Made by a program: the position numbers and the translations under genes. Positions 41,134 to 56,684 of a stretch of 64,000 bases of DNA are shown here, in pieces. Position 1 is the first letter of the stretch; the number at the start of each line of letters is the position of its first letter. The notes beneath the pieces were generated by a model that saw nothing but the letters and a program-made list of their open reading frames with translations, had not been told where the DNA came from and did not search any database. The DNA comes from Eledone cirrhosa (Eukaryota): contig OZ024742.1 in NCBI GenBank assembly GCA_964016885.1, positions 195,982,001-196,046,000 of the forward strand, given 5' to 3'.

Positions 41134-41174
<41 letters not shown>

Positions 41175-41217
41175 ATGATATTAATACATGGAAACTATCT
41201 TTATAAAACCATATTTA

Positions 41218-41455
41218 CATTTTCAAACGGTAGCCTATTCAGATCACAAATTTCTGATCTGCGTGGTCGACCTAGATAGGACACGTAGGTTTGGACCTAG
41301 CTACTGGAAGCTGAACATGTTATTCCCGGCACGTAAAACTTACATGGACCGGGTCACCACTTTAGTTAAATGTAAGTTGGCAGGGAGTCGTCTAGAACGG
41401 GTGGGGGTGGGGCTCTCAAGAGAGAGATTAGAGTAAAGTCAATAGGCTTTAGTGA
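41218..41455 (+). mobile_element. Tx1 APE fragment
   Basis: YSDHKFLICVVDLDRTRRFGPSYWKLN. Confidence 0.8.
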
Positions 41456-41526
41456 AGATGTAGGGGGGATATGGTGTGTTTTGAGGTAAGTTTGGCTGCT
41501 ATTTCTACCTGCAGCACCAGCTATTT

Positions 41527-42498
41527 CTACAACAACAATAGCAACAACGTAGTAGCAGTAGTAACACCAATATCAACAACAAAAGCTACATCAACAACAG
41601 TAACAACGATTACAACAACAACAGCAGCACCACCTACAACAACAACATCAACAAGACTAACAACTGTAACTCCATCACCAACAACAACAGCAACAACAGT
41701 AATAACAATAACAACAACTGTACCACCACCACCAACAACAACAACAACAACAGTAACAACGGTAACTACAACAACAACAACTATAGCCCCAACAACAACA
41801 AGTATAGCCCCAACAACAATAATAACAACAACAAGAGTAACAACGGTAACTACAACAACAACAAGTATAGCCCCAACAACAACAAGAGTAACAACAACAA
41901 GTATAGACCCAACAACAACAACAACAAGAGTAACAACGGTAACTACAACAACAACAAGTATAGACCCAACAACAACAACAACAAGAGTAACAACAACAAC
42001 TATAGCCCCAACAACAACAACAACAACAACAACAACAAGAGTAACAACGGTAACTACAACAACAAGTATAGACCCAACAACAACAACAACAACAAGAGTA
42101 ACAACGGTAACTACAACAACAAGTATAGACCCAACAACAACAACAACAACAAGAGTAACAACGGTAACTACAACAACAACTATAGCCCCACCAACAATAA
42201 CAACAACAGTAACAACGGTAACTACAACAACAACAACAACTATAGCCCCACCACCACCAACAACAACAACAACAACAACAACAAGAGTAACAACGGTAAC
42301 TACAACAACAACTATAGCCCCACCAACAATAACAACAACAGTAACAACGGTAACTACAACAACAACAACAACTATAGCCCCACCACCACCAACAACAACA
42401 ACAACAACAACAACAACTATAGCCCCACCACCACCAACAACAACAACAACAACTATAGCCCCAGCACCACCAACAACAACAACAACTATAGCCCCACC

Positions 42499-42530
<32 letters not shown>

Positions 42531-42532
42531 AC
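41527..42532. repeat. (AAC)-based minisatellite with higher-order unit
   Basis: AAGAGTAACAACGGTAACTACAACAAC..TATAGCCCC/GACCC repeated. Confidence 0.9.
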
Positions 42533-42894
42533 ATGCGATAAAGTCATTTGAATTAATGTATTCAGGAAAATAATGAGAACTGAAACAAGATGGAAGCGTT
42601 GCTTGGCAACGTTAATAGCATTCTGTGGAGTCTAACGTTCAGGTGACATATATAGTGATGACATTGGACCGGGTGGGGGGGATAGGCCACTGATGCTGGT
42701 GAAATAGAACATATGAGCTGTTGGTACAAGGAATTGTGGGATACGTCCTGGATTATGGCGTATTTTCTAGAAATTATGGGATATATCGACTGTGACGTAC
42801 GTGATAAATCGAACAAGCGATAGCGACATCACGATGTATAGACTACATCTTACACGGTTTTCAACATACGCTGTTTTTATTATATATATATATA

Positions 42895-43033
42895 CTAGCA
42901 GAATGGCCCGGCGTTGCTTGGGATTTGCTCTAGGGTTCTTATATATTTGATATATATTTATCCTTATCGAGCCTCGTGAAATAAATACGCTTGTTTATAT
43001 TTTGTTATTGTGTATGCAAAAATATCTGTACAC

Positions 43034-43072
<39 letters not shown>

Positions 43073-43458
43073 TAACAGATTAAAGTTTAAGCAAAGAATC
43101 GCTGCTTTCACTCTTAACGGGATCTTCTGAAACTAAAAAGATCACTCTGTGAACGCAGAAGTAAATTTTCGAAAAACGTTACACACTATATATATATACA
43201 TATGTACATACACAAACAGCGTCATAATGTCGTAATGCAAATAGCCAGACATACAGACAGATATTATAAGAGTGCAACCTTATATCTATGTATCTATCTA
43301 AAAGGAAAGACTAAGAATTATAGAGAGAGATCGCTAAATCGCCTAATGCGGTCCCCCAGGGCATTGAACATTTGAAAGTATTACATGTGTAAAGTTTGAA
43401 AACAATCGGTTGGGTGGTTCTCGAGTTTTAGGGAGCTGACAGACAGACAGACATTCTC

Positions 43459-43470
<12 letters not shown>
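42895..43470 (-). mobile_element. Non-autonomous Helitron
   Basis: CTAG plus hairpin end at 42895; (GACA)n and 5' end at ~43437-43470. Confidence 0.75.
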
Positions 43471-43510
<40 letters not shown>

Positions 43511-43594
43511 ATAATAATAAATTTGAAGACTAAAATCCAAAGAGGGCTCGATAAGGATAAATATATATCAAATATATGAGAACCGTAGAGCAAA

Positions 43595-46425
43595 TATTTA
43601 TTAAAATAACAGATTAAAGTTTAAGCAAAGAATCGCTGCTTTCACCCTTAACGGGATGATAAGTACTGCGCTCCACTTGATATAGGTTGCCAGTTTTGTC
43701 GGAATGGACGTGCACGGCATTAGAATCCTTAATAGAATTCGTTCTATTAAGGATTCTAATGCTGTGCACGTCCATTCCGACAAAACTGGCAACCTATATC
43801 AAGTGGAGTGCAGTACTTACCATCAACTACTACATAATGCTGTAACTAAGGATTACCGTAAAACTAATCGGTGCGTCATCAATGAAATCAACGATGCTGG
43901 GTTTAAAATCACCTCTGATCTCAACATCCTGGACTGGACCGAACCTCTGGACCCTATTTCTCCCCACTTTACCCTGAAGCATCACAAATCCAATTTTCCG
44001 AACAACCCCTCTATTCGGCTTATTAACCCTACGAAGACCGATTTAGGTAGACTTAGTAAAAGTATTCTTGATAGAATTATACCTGAAATTAGAAGTTTGG
44101 CCCCTCTTGCACTGTGGAACAATTCTTTCGCGGTGATTGATTGGTTCAACGGCATATGTAACGAGGAACATTGCCGTTTTATCCAATTCGACATCAACAA
44201 TTACTACTCCTCCATCACTTTACCACTTCTCCTTAGAGCTATCAATTTCGCTAAAACACTAACAGTGGTTAAGGATTTCGAAGTTGATGTCATCCTCAAT
44301 GCCCGTAAGTCGGTGATTAATTTCGACGATTCTATTTGTATTAAAAAATCCAATACTACCCCATTCGACGTGAGTATGGGCGCCAGCGATTCTGCAGAGG
44401 TTACTGATCTTATCGGCCTTTTCCTTCTCTTCTCTATCAAGGACGAATTCCCCAACGCAGGCGGTGGTTTGTACCGTGATGATGGTCTTTTGACCATGAC
44501 TAAGTGCGGACCTCGTGCTTGCGACAAGTTCAGAAAAGAACTCACAGCCTTCTTTAAAGGCTTCAACCTCTCTATACAGGTTGAGGCCAATCTCTCGGTC
44601 GTTAATTACCTCGACGTTACCCTCAATTTATCGAATGGGTTGTATTACCCGTATAGAAAGCCGAATGATACGCTTAATTACATAAGTAAGCATTCCAACC
44701 ATCCTGCCAGCATAACCAAGAACCTGGTAAGAAACGTTTCCTTGAGACTTTCCCGTCTATCTACTAACGAGCATATTTTCAACGACCATTCCACTTATTA
44801 CAATGAAGCTCTTGCTCGGAGTGGATTTGTCGATAAGGTAGCATATACAGAGTACGAAAATAGACCTAGAAGAAATAGATCCCGTCGCATTTGTTGGTAT
44901 AACCCACCATATAATATGGAGGTGGCCACACCATTAGCTAAGATCTTTCTTTCCCTTATTACGAAGCCTTTTCCCCCTACACATAAATATAGTAAAATTT
45001 TTAATAGAAATACTATTAAAATTTCTTACTCTACGACTCCTAACCTTGCACATAACATCACAGCTTCAAATTTAGCTAAACTACCTAGCCGTAGGAACAC
45101 GTGCAACCCTGTAGTTAGTACTAACTGTAATTGTAGGAATCGGGTTGATTGTCCCATATCCGGAAAATGCCTCTCTAGTAACATTGTCTACAAATGTAAG
45201 GTTGAAACACCCACGTCCCGTAGGGCCTACATAGGGTTAACCGCCAATAGATTCAAGCAGCGTCTTTACATGCATACCCATTCTTTTCGTTACCCTCTAA
45301 GAAGGAATATGACGTAACTTTCAGCTTATATCTGGAGTCTAAAAAACAACCACACCCAATTTAAGTTACACTGGGAGATCCTAGCTCGGGCTAGATCGTA
45401 TAACGGAAATGAAAGACCATGTGACCTCTGCGCCGCTGAGGCCCTGGAAATACTCTACGCCACAGACCACATCTTAAACAAAAAATCTGAGGCAATTTCG
45501 GCTTGTAAACATAAATTGCACAAAACTTTCCTGTATTACAGCCCCACATTATACCCTAACGGATAGTACGATCTATACGTGGATATTTTACGTCTTGGTG
45601 TGGTAGCTAAGTATATGTTGTGTTTATACCATTACTTATTTGCATAGGTAAGTATATATTACCTGTATATTTTGTGAAGGTACGTATACTTTCTCGTACG
45701 TATATTTGATTGTATATGTTATGGCGTATAATTTTTCATATATTCTGGTACATATGGTTTGGTTATATGTATACAGGAGTTTTGCGTCTGCGTGAGTATG
45801 CAGGTTCGTACGTATGTAGGGTGTGTGTATATGTGTACTTCATGTTTTGGTTGACTTACGTCTCCGAACATTTGTGTATTTACATGTAGATATGTGTGCG
45901 CGCTTGTTATATACGTATTTATTTATTTATATACGTTTATTTAATTATTTATTTATTTGTATACACACACACACATATTTATATGTGCGTGGTTTTGTAT
46001 ACCTATGGCAAGTGTTTTGCGTATGCTTGTGTATGTACGTATTTGCATGCGTGTATGCTTATATTTAATTTCTATTACCTCTGTATTGTATTTTATTTAC
46101 TTTATTTTTAACTCTGAAACGGAGATTCATTCGGTTTCCTAGTTAGAATTTTAGTCTACGACTTCAGCTATACCTTTACGTGGTTTTGTCTTTGCGCGTA
46201 ATTGTTTTTCACCGCTCCTATTAATGACGTATTATATTCGTTTTTTCCCGTTCTTTGCCAGGGAACGTTTCCACGAACCAAAGTATCGTCTTCCTGTCTT
46301 CCTCCAGTTGCAACGTTTTTTGAAATATCCACTTCTGCGTTTACAGATTGACTTTGTTAGTTTCAGAAGATCCCGTTAAGCGTGAAAGCAGCGATTCTTT
46401 GCTTAAACTTTAATCTATTATTTTA

Positions 46426-46432
<7 letters not shown>
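43595..46432 (+). mobile_element. Penelope-like (Naiad-like) element with fold-back 5' end and 3' pLTR into (TA)n
   Basis: ORF 43704-45317: IRLINP, FDINNYY, FDVSMGA, GLYRDD, NYLDV, WYNPPY, CNCR..CP..GKC, IVYKC..YIG; continues past a stop to ~45565. Confidence 0.95.
46359..46409 (+). ncRNA. Hammerhead-like motif with CAGAAGA core
   Basis: AGTTT-CAGAAGA-T-CCC GTTAA G(C/G/A)G-T-GAAA-GCA..TGC-TT-AAACT; second copy 43084-43134 (-). Confidence 0.55.
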
Positions 46433-47763
<1,331 letters not shown>

Positions 47764-47839
47764 ATTTCTATATTAAATATTGTATATACTCTACTATGCA
47801 TTGAGTACCTTACTTACTGTGGTTACACTCAATTGAACC

Positions 47840-48616
<777 letters not shown>

Positions 48617-48653
48617 TTCATATAAAAAACCTCGCAAAACTAATTCATCGCCG

Positions 48654-48737
<84 letters not shown>

Positions 48738-48743
<6 letters not shown>

Positions 48744-49490
48744 AGAGGATGTCTGTCTATGTGTCTGTTTCCCTAAAACTCGAGAAGTACCCAACCGTTT
48801 TTTTTTCAAACTTTACACATGTAACCCGTATGGCCCCTGAAGTGTTTTGAGCAAAACAAAATTTCAAATTATTCTGACCTAGGGATCGAATTAGTGAAGT
48901 GGCCAATGTCTGTACATAATGAGGGAGTGAGAGGGGCGAGAAAGAAACGGAGAGGCGAAGTGAAGAAATGGCTCTCTACTCCTCCTCCTTCTCCCCATTC
49001 GTCACAGCGTTTTTCGTTAGAAGGGAGAAATGTGAACGAGTTACAGAGAGAAAGAGTGAGAGTGAAAGAAACAGACAGACTAAAAGAGGGGGATAGCGGG
49101 AGAGAGAGAGTGACAGACGCCGTCTTTTGAGAGTTGTATGCGTCAAAGATACATGACAATGGAATAACTATTGCGTGTGTGTGTGTGTGTGTACGTGCGT
49201 GCGTACCTGTGTGAGTTTGTGTGCGTTTGCATGCGTGAGTGTGTATGTGTGCGTTAGTGATTATAAACTCTCTCACATGGCCTGATGGAATTAACGCTTT
49301 AGCATTTACATTACTCTATATAACATTATTTTCATGGTAAAGGCTTTATCTCACATAATATAAAAATCTCATAGATTTAATATTATTTATTTTGAGAACA
49401 ATACCTTAACCCTTTAGTATTAATGTGAGTGAGTTATAAAAAGAAAGAGTGAGAGTGAAAAAAACAGACAGACTAAAAGAGGGGGACAGC

Positions 49491-49562
<72 letters not shown>

Positions 49563-50489
49563 GAGAGAGAGACGCTGGAAGAGGGGAAGGAAAGCTATAT
49601 GTCTTGCTGTCTGCATTACGATACATATATATACACTCACACACACTGATCGCGTCATAATGACGTAATTCAGACAGCCAGACATACAGACAGATATTAT
49701 AAGGGCGCAACGTTAAATCTATGTATCTATCTAAAAAGAAAGACTAAGAATTATAGAGAGAGATCGCTAAATTGCCTAATGCAGTCCCTAGGGTAGTGAA
49801 AATTTGAAATATTTTTTGCGCAAAACACTCACAGCACAATAAGTATTACATGTGTAAAGTTTGAAAACAATCGGTTGGGTGGTTCTCAAGTTTTAGTGAG
49901 TTGACAGACAGACAGACATTTTCTGTTTTAGATATATAGACTAGCAGAAAACCACCCGGTGGGCGGTTTTCTGCTAGCAAATCTAGTGTATATACTGATA
50001 TTGTTGAGATTTGGAAGAGAAATGTTTTCGGCACCACATGTTCACCGTCTCTCGGTGTGTCTTTTATGCATGTATAAATATATATGTTATCTATACGGTG
50101 AAATCTTTGAAATAAATATATGTTAAAACGAAAAAGGAGAAAAAGAGATTAGTGACGGAAATATAAACGTTATGATACATAAACGTTATGATATAACGAT
50201 GGAAATATATCTTCAAATGGTCCTTGGCATGGTGTCAAGTCAGAACCGCCTCGAACTGGTTACTTCTGGCTTGTGCAAGGTGTCTCTATAGCAACCAGCG
50301 ATTCCCTCGGCCTCAGTGACCAAAGTCAGTGGAGAGGGGAAGGTAATGTTTCTATAGCGACAGTGTTTCTCTTGGTAGTACCAAAGTGGAGAAAGGAAGG
50401 GGAAGGTAATATTTCTGTAGCACCTACATTTGAGTTTTAGGGAAGGACAGACAGACAGACAGACAAACAGAGAAATGCCCATATATTTC

Positions 50490-50490
<1 letters not shown>
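48738..50490. mobile_element. Cluster of Helitron-derived fragments in both orientations
   Basis: 5' ends matching 43380-43470 at 48738 (+), 49845-49938 (-) and 50430-50490 (-); CTAG end at 49941. Confidence 0.65.
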
Positions 50491-50548
<58 letters not shown>

Positions 50549-50802
50549 GTGAGGTTTTTTTTACAAAATGCAAAATAACCGAGGTGTCCTACACGAGTGA
50601 ATGTATAAAGAAAAAGAGATGAAATCGAAAATGCAACTGGAGTCTTATTTTTTTTTTAAATATATATATTTATTTGGTTCCTTTACCGGTTTCGCAGTTC
50701 TTCTGCTTTTCAAATGTAGAGTTGAGATGGAGGGTCTGTGGTTTTTCTCACATCTGACATATATATATATATATTACACACACAGAAATGTATATATATT
50801 TC

Positions 50803-50835
<33 letters not shown>

Positions 50836-51079
50836 TACACACACAGAAATGTATATATATTTCTGTGTGTATATATATATATTACACACACAGAAATGTA
50901 TATATATTTCTGTGTGTGTATACATATATATATTACACACACAGAAATGTATATATATTTCTTAGAACAAAATTATTATTAATGTTTTGCTGTTCATAAC
51001 AATTGGAATTGAAAAATTACTTTTGAAATTATTAGTTATTTTACTAATGCTTAGATATGTAAAAATGAAGCAATGTTTC

Positions 51080-51273
51080 TAATAATTGTTTCTACTTTTG
51101 GCACAAGGCCAGCAATTACCCAGTACATTACTGGTACTTTATTTTATCGACCCCGTAAGGCTGAAAGGCAAAGTTAACCTCGGCGGTATTTGAACTCAGA
51201 CCGTAAAGGGACGTAACGCCATGCTATGAAGCATGGTGTCCGACTCTCTACAGATTCTGCCAATCCACCGCCC
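51080..51273 (-). mobile_element. Full Nin-domain SINE copy
   Basis: Reverse complement of the SINE consensus. Confidence 0.9.
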
Positions 51274-51274
51274 T

Positions 51275-51721
51275 AATGTCTGTACGTAATGAGGGAGTGA
51301 GAGGGGAGAGAAAGAAAAGCAGAGGTGAAGTGACGAAGTGACTCTCTATTCCTCCTCCTCCTCCTCCATCTCCCCATTCGTCACAGCGATAGAGGGGAGG
51401 AATTTTAGTGTGTTACAAAGAGAAAGAGTGAGAGTGAGAGAAACAGACAGACTAAAAGAGAGGGATAGCTGGAGAGAGAGAGAGATTGCAACCACGCGCG
51501 CACGTGTTTCCACTGTCGGACAGACAGACAGAGAAATTGCTGGTTATATATTATAAGGAGATATATATATAATTATATATTCGTGTACAGATATTTTTGC
51601 ATACACAATAACAAAATATAAATAAACGTATTTATTTCACGAGGCTCAATAAGGATAAATATATATCAAATATATAAGAACCCTAGAGAAAATCCCGAGT
51701 AACGCCGGGCCATTCTGCTAG
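51275..51721 (+). mobile_element. Helitron 3' part
   Basis: Matches 48905-49110 and the reverse complement of 42895-43040; ends in hairpin plus CTAG. Confidence 0.75.
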
Positions 51722-51742
51722 TATATATATACATATATATAT

Positions 51743-52645
51743 TGAAAGAGAGGTGGCACCGATACATTCGTCGATGTAGCGACCGTAAAGCTCAAGAGTA
51801 GATCCAGTGTACTGAGAGAAGATCTGGATTTCGACGTAGCCAACAAACAAGTTGGCATAGTTTGGGCCCATTCTGGTTCCCATCGCTACCCCCAGAGACC
51901 TGCTGATAGAATTCATCGGAAAAGGAAAACCTATTGAAGGTCAAAACAAACTCAGCCAGACGGAGAAGTGTGGTAGTGCTGGGGTAAGAGGTCGGGCATA
52001 AGTCGTGAGGGATGACGGTATAGAGAGAGGTGGTGTCCAGAGTGAAGAGAAGGCGAGAGGGGTCAGGAGGAAGGAGCAGGAGTTAAAGAGTCTAAGGGCA
52101 TGATTGGTGTCGTGGATGTGGAAGGGGAGGTTGACGACTAACGGGGCGAGGAGGGTATCTAAGTAGTCAGAGATGATATCGGTGGGGCAGTTGCACGCGG
52201 AAAAGATAGGACGGCCGGGATTATTTAGCTTGTGTATTTTAGGGAAGAAGTAGATGGTGGGTGTGCAAAGCGGTGCGTACTATAAGGTTGGTGGCTGTGG
52301 GGGTAGGAGAGAGGAGGAGATGAGCTAGTGAATGATGGAGGACACGAGTTGTTGGTAGCCAGGAGTGGGATCGGAGGATAAAGGGCGGTAAAATAGGGTA
52401 TCGTGAAGTTGGCGGAGGGCCTCAGTCTTATAAAGGTCAACGCTCCAAACCACCACAGCGCCACCTTTGTCAGCGGGTTTGATGACAATATCATTGCTAT
52501 GCCGTAGGCTGCAAAGAGCGGAGAGCTCAGTCCGCGTAATGTTATAGCGACGAGAATATAGAACCGGTTCACAGTACATTGGCAAGTATCGACAAAGGAG
52601 TCGAGGGTGCTGAACTGGGCAGAGCTCGGCGTCCAATGAGATTGC
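51743..52645 (-). mobile_element. Penelope-like (Neptune/Poseidon-type) RT fragment
   Basis: IKPADKGGAVVV, PKIHK..PGRPI, GVAMGTRMGPNYANLF, RYIDE. Confidence 0.9.
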
Positions 52646-52789
52646 CGGCAACTGAGACTAAACGGGTTTTTTTTTCATTTTAGGTAGACGCGCTCCATCA
52701 TCCACTTTTCTAATAAAAAAAAAAGTAAATCATACACAAAACGCCAGCATCAACAGTTTTCCAAGAGATGGTAACATGAATGGACGTTA

Positions 52790-53085
<296 letters not shown>

Positions 53086-53407
53086 AAATATTAAAAAAAT
53101 AATGAATAAAACAATATTTTTTTAATATTTTATCTTGACTCTGTATTCCATTTATCTTTCACCGAAAGTGATTTTTCATTGCATCTCTTCTTTCCATGAT
53201 ATCCGGATTACATTGAGTTCTTCATACGGATTGGACACTACCGTAAACTCTTGGTAGATTTATCTACATATATATATATATATATATATATATGTATAAA
53301 AAAAACATGGGAAGAAAGAGGAAAACTGCATGGTTGCACATGGGTTACATATTATAAAATTAGTCCCTCATCGGTGATTTGCCAACCATCATTGGTATTT
53401 CATCGCA

Positions 53408-53487
<80 letters not shown>

Positions 53488-54458
53488 GGGTGGTGGAAGT
53501 ATTTCTCATTTGGTGGGAGGGAGGTCAAATTTGAACAATTTAATTATCGTGTCGTCTTGAGTTCGTTATGAGTCTCTTTTTTATAAAAGGATGCCACAGA
53601 GTGTACGATAGATAATGATTACAATATTTTTTAGCAACAACTCCAGTCCCACACTTTTGAAGGTTTATTATAACATTCTGTGGCTCTTTTGAGCTTGCGC
53701 ATTTTCAGGTCTAGTTTAATATTTTTAAGGCAACGCTTGTAATAACTCTAGTTAAACATGATATATATTAATAATAAATTACCGTTGTAATGTAATTAGA
53801 TCATATAATTATTATTTTATAAATGATCTTATAAATATTATTGTAAGATGTATAAAAATATTTTCAGACTTTTAATATAAACAACTACAAAAAACAATCA
53901 ATATTAAATAAATATATTTTACATAATAATTGTTATAGTTGAATTGATAAAAATTAAATATTACACACAAATAGTCTAACATAAAAATAAAAAAAATAAT
54001 CTAACATAATAATAATAAAATAATCTAACATAAAACGAACAATAATATGGACAAATATACAAGTAAATATGATACAACCAATGTTATAAGCATGTTATAA
54101 CGAACTGAAAAAAAATTAATATAAATTTTAAAAATTATATATTAATTAACAATATAACTTACCAAAACGAGAAAAATATTTTGATGATAAACGACGAAAT
54201 ACAGGAGGAAGATTCGAAAGCGAAACGTTAAATAAACGTACAAACAAAATGGCGAATGCTTTTGAGCAACAATTACTCTCTTTGGTTGATTAACCAATAA
54301 GACGATGAAATTAGCCAATAAGACGATACATTACAAAACATGTTTGGCAGCGATCACCACGGCCAGCGACACCCCTTGAATTTTTTATTCACAAGCTACG
54401 CATATATGTCAGACACGCAGACTTAAAACATTCTGTTGTTAGTCACTGCGTGTCTAAC

Positions 54459-54533
<75 letters not shown>

Positions 54534-55029
54534 CACATTCATTTATTATGGCTATTGGTGAGTTTCACCTGTGCACTCACAAGATCACCTGTCTTGTCTG
54601 GTGAGTACGCAGGTGAGACTCCTGAGTTACAAGGCTTAGCCATAATAAATGAATATTTAAACTCTACTTCGGTATTGAATTTTCATTCTTACGTCCGTCA
54701 ACAATTCACGTACTCTCAGTCCCTGAATAATCGCCTCCTCCCCCACCCCAGTTTATTAATTTGTTAGATTTTTCCACCTTAACACGCCCACCCTCTTATT
54801 AAATTGTGTTAATCTATCTCCGGCGAAATTTTTTTTAAGTGATTCATATTGATACAGCAACTAGAGAAACTAATAATAATTTTATTTACATTAAAAAAAC
54901 ATTATATATGACAAAAGACATTACGAAAAATCCCATATTTACGAACGTACACTATACAATTACTAATTCCCCCACCCCATTATTGCCACCCCTTTCTATT
55001 ATTTGGGCCCCGAGAGTGCCACCAAACTC

Positions 55030-55370
55030 TCCTCCTCTCTATATCTATCACACAAAACTCTCTTTTAATCCCCCTCTCTATATCTACTAAAACCAAACTC
55101 TACCCTTCTCTATATCTACTACGATACCGCCTCTATCATCCCACTCTCTACATCTAAGACTAATACACTCTCTCAATCTTTATAAATATCTATGCCTATC
55201 TCTCCCAATCCTCCTCTGTATATCAATCACCCCTAAACTCTCAACCTCTCTATATCTACTACATGGCCCTCTCCCATTATCCCTCTCTGTATACCTACAA
55301 CCACCAAATTCTCCCCCTCTCTATATCTGCTACACAGTACTCTCTTCTAATCCCCTCTCTATATCAATTA
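55030..55370. repeat. Degenerate CTCTCTATATCTAC-containing repeat, resuming at 61070-61140
   Basis: Motif recurs every ~30-40 nt on both sides of the Tx1. Confidence 0.7.
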
Positions 55371-55374
55371 CCAC

Positions 55375-56644
55375 TTGATATAGACGTGAATTACTTCGCT
55401 CCGGATTTTTACGGATTATTGTCAAAAAACCTGTGAGTTCATTGCTCAATTTAATAGCATTGTTTAGTTTAACCCCTTGCCTGAGCCGTCAGACGTTGAG
55501 TCAACTAATTTTCGCCCCTTTCTGGGGCGAAATTTTCATTTTCATCTCAAAACTGTGTAGACTTGGTAGTCAGCAATGGATGCCATTTCCACCTCGCACA
55601 CTGTCGTGAGTGCCACGCCCACTAAGAAAATTGGTGGAGGGAAGGTAGGAGTACAAAGCTTGCAGCCTTCCCCCTTCGCATTATCGAAAAACGTTGAAAA
55701 TATTGAAACCACGAAACCAAACCCGGTAAATAATACCAGCACCAACAACAAGAACAATGACAATAACACCACAACCAACAACTGCAACAATAGCAACACC
55801 AAGGAAAACATGAACAATATTACCAACAGTGACAACAACAGCAGCAACAAAAAAGACAACAACACCAAAACAACATTCGCACAGACTAAAAAAAAACGAA
55901 CTATACACGCCAATAGACATAACAAATGCTAAACAACTATTACAAGACGCAAAACAATTCGTGACTTTTGGCGAAAACGGTGCTTTTAGCATCAATTCTC
56001 CACAGGAATTACGTAGAGAGGCTGTCCTGAAAACCACAGTTTTCAGGACAATATCGAACGAAACAAGAAAAACAGCTCAATTATCACAAAATGAAATTGA
56101 GCTGGTTCTAAAAGATGCAATGAAGGACATAACCTTCATACAAAAAGGTAAACTGTTTGGTAGCATTTCAGTGCTAATGAACAACCAATCAACAGCACAA
56201 AAGTACTCGGTATCACCCATTGTGTCCCCCCGCTTCACCTTTTTCCCCACATACAGGGGAAAAGGACACAAAGAATAAAAATAATGAGTATCACACCAAA
56301 TGTAAATATTTGGTGGATACTATGTGGAATCATTGACTTTGATGAAGACAAGATAATTTCAATAGGAAAGTCCTCCGGAGGTGTATTTGGTGGGACCAGC
56401 GTAGAAGTTCTGGTGCAAATGAGCCCAGAACGAATAGCGAATATCCCACAACGCGTGCCTCTGGACAGGCTAACTTATATAAACATTTCAGTGGAGGGAA
56501 GGCGGCCGTCATGCTACCACTGCTTAAGCAGGGGTCACCTGAGGGCTGCCTCTCAAAAAAAAGGCTGCGAGTAAAAAAAAAGGCTCTTCTGCCAACCCCG
56601 AACACAACAACACAACCACCACCACCACCACCACCACCACCACC

Positions 56645-56684
<40 letters not shown>

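Noticed and set aside
41471-42541. 356-aa Thr/Pro-rich mucin-like ORF
   Set aside because: Translation of an (AAC)-based minisatellite that is open in several frames; no unique domain or exon context
45315-45317. Possible recoded stop (selenocysteine) in the Naiad-like ORF
   Set aside because: The codon is TAA, not TGA; more likely a nonsense mutation
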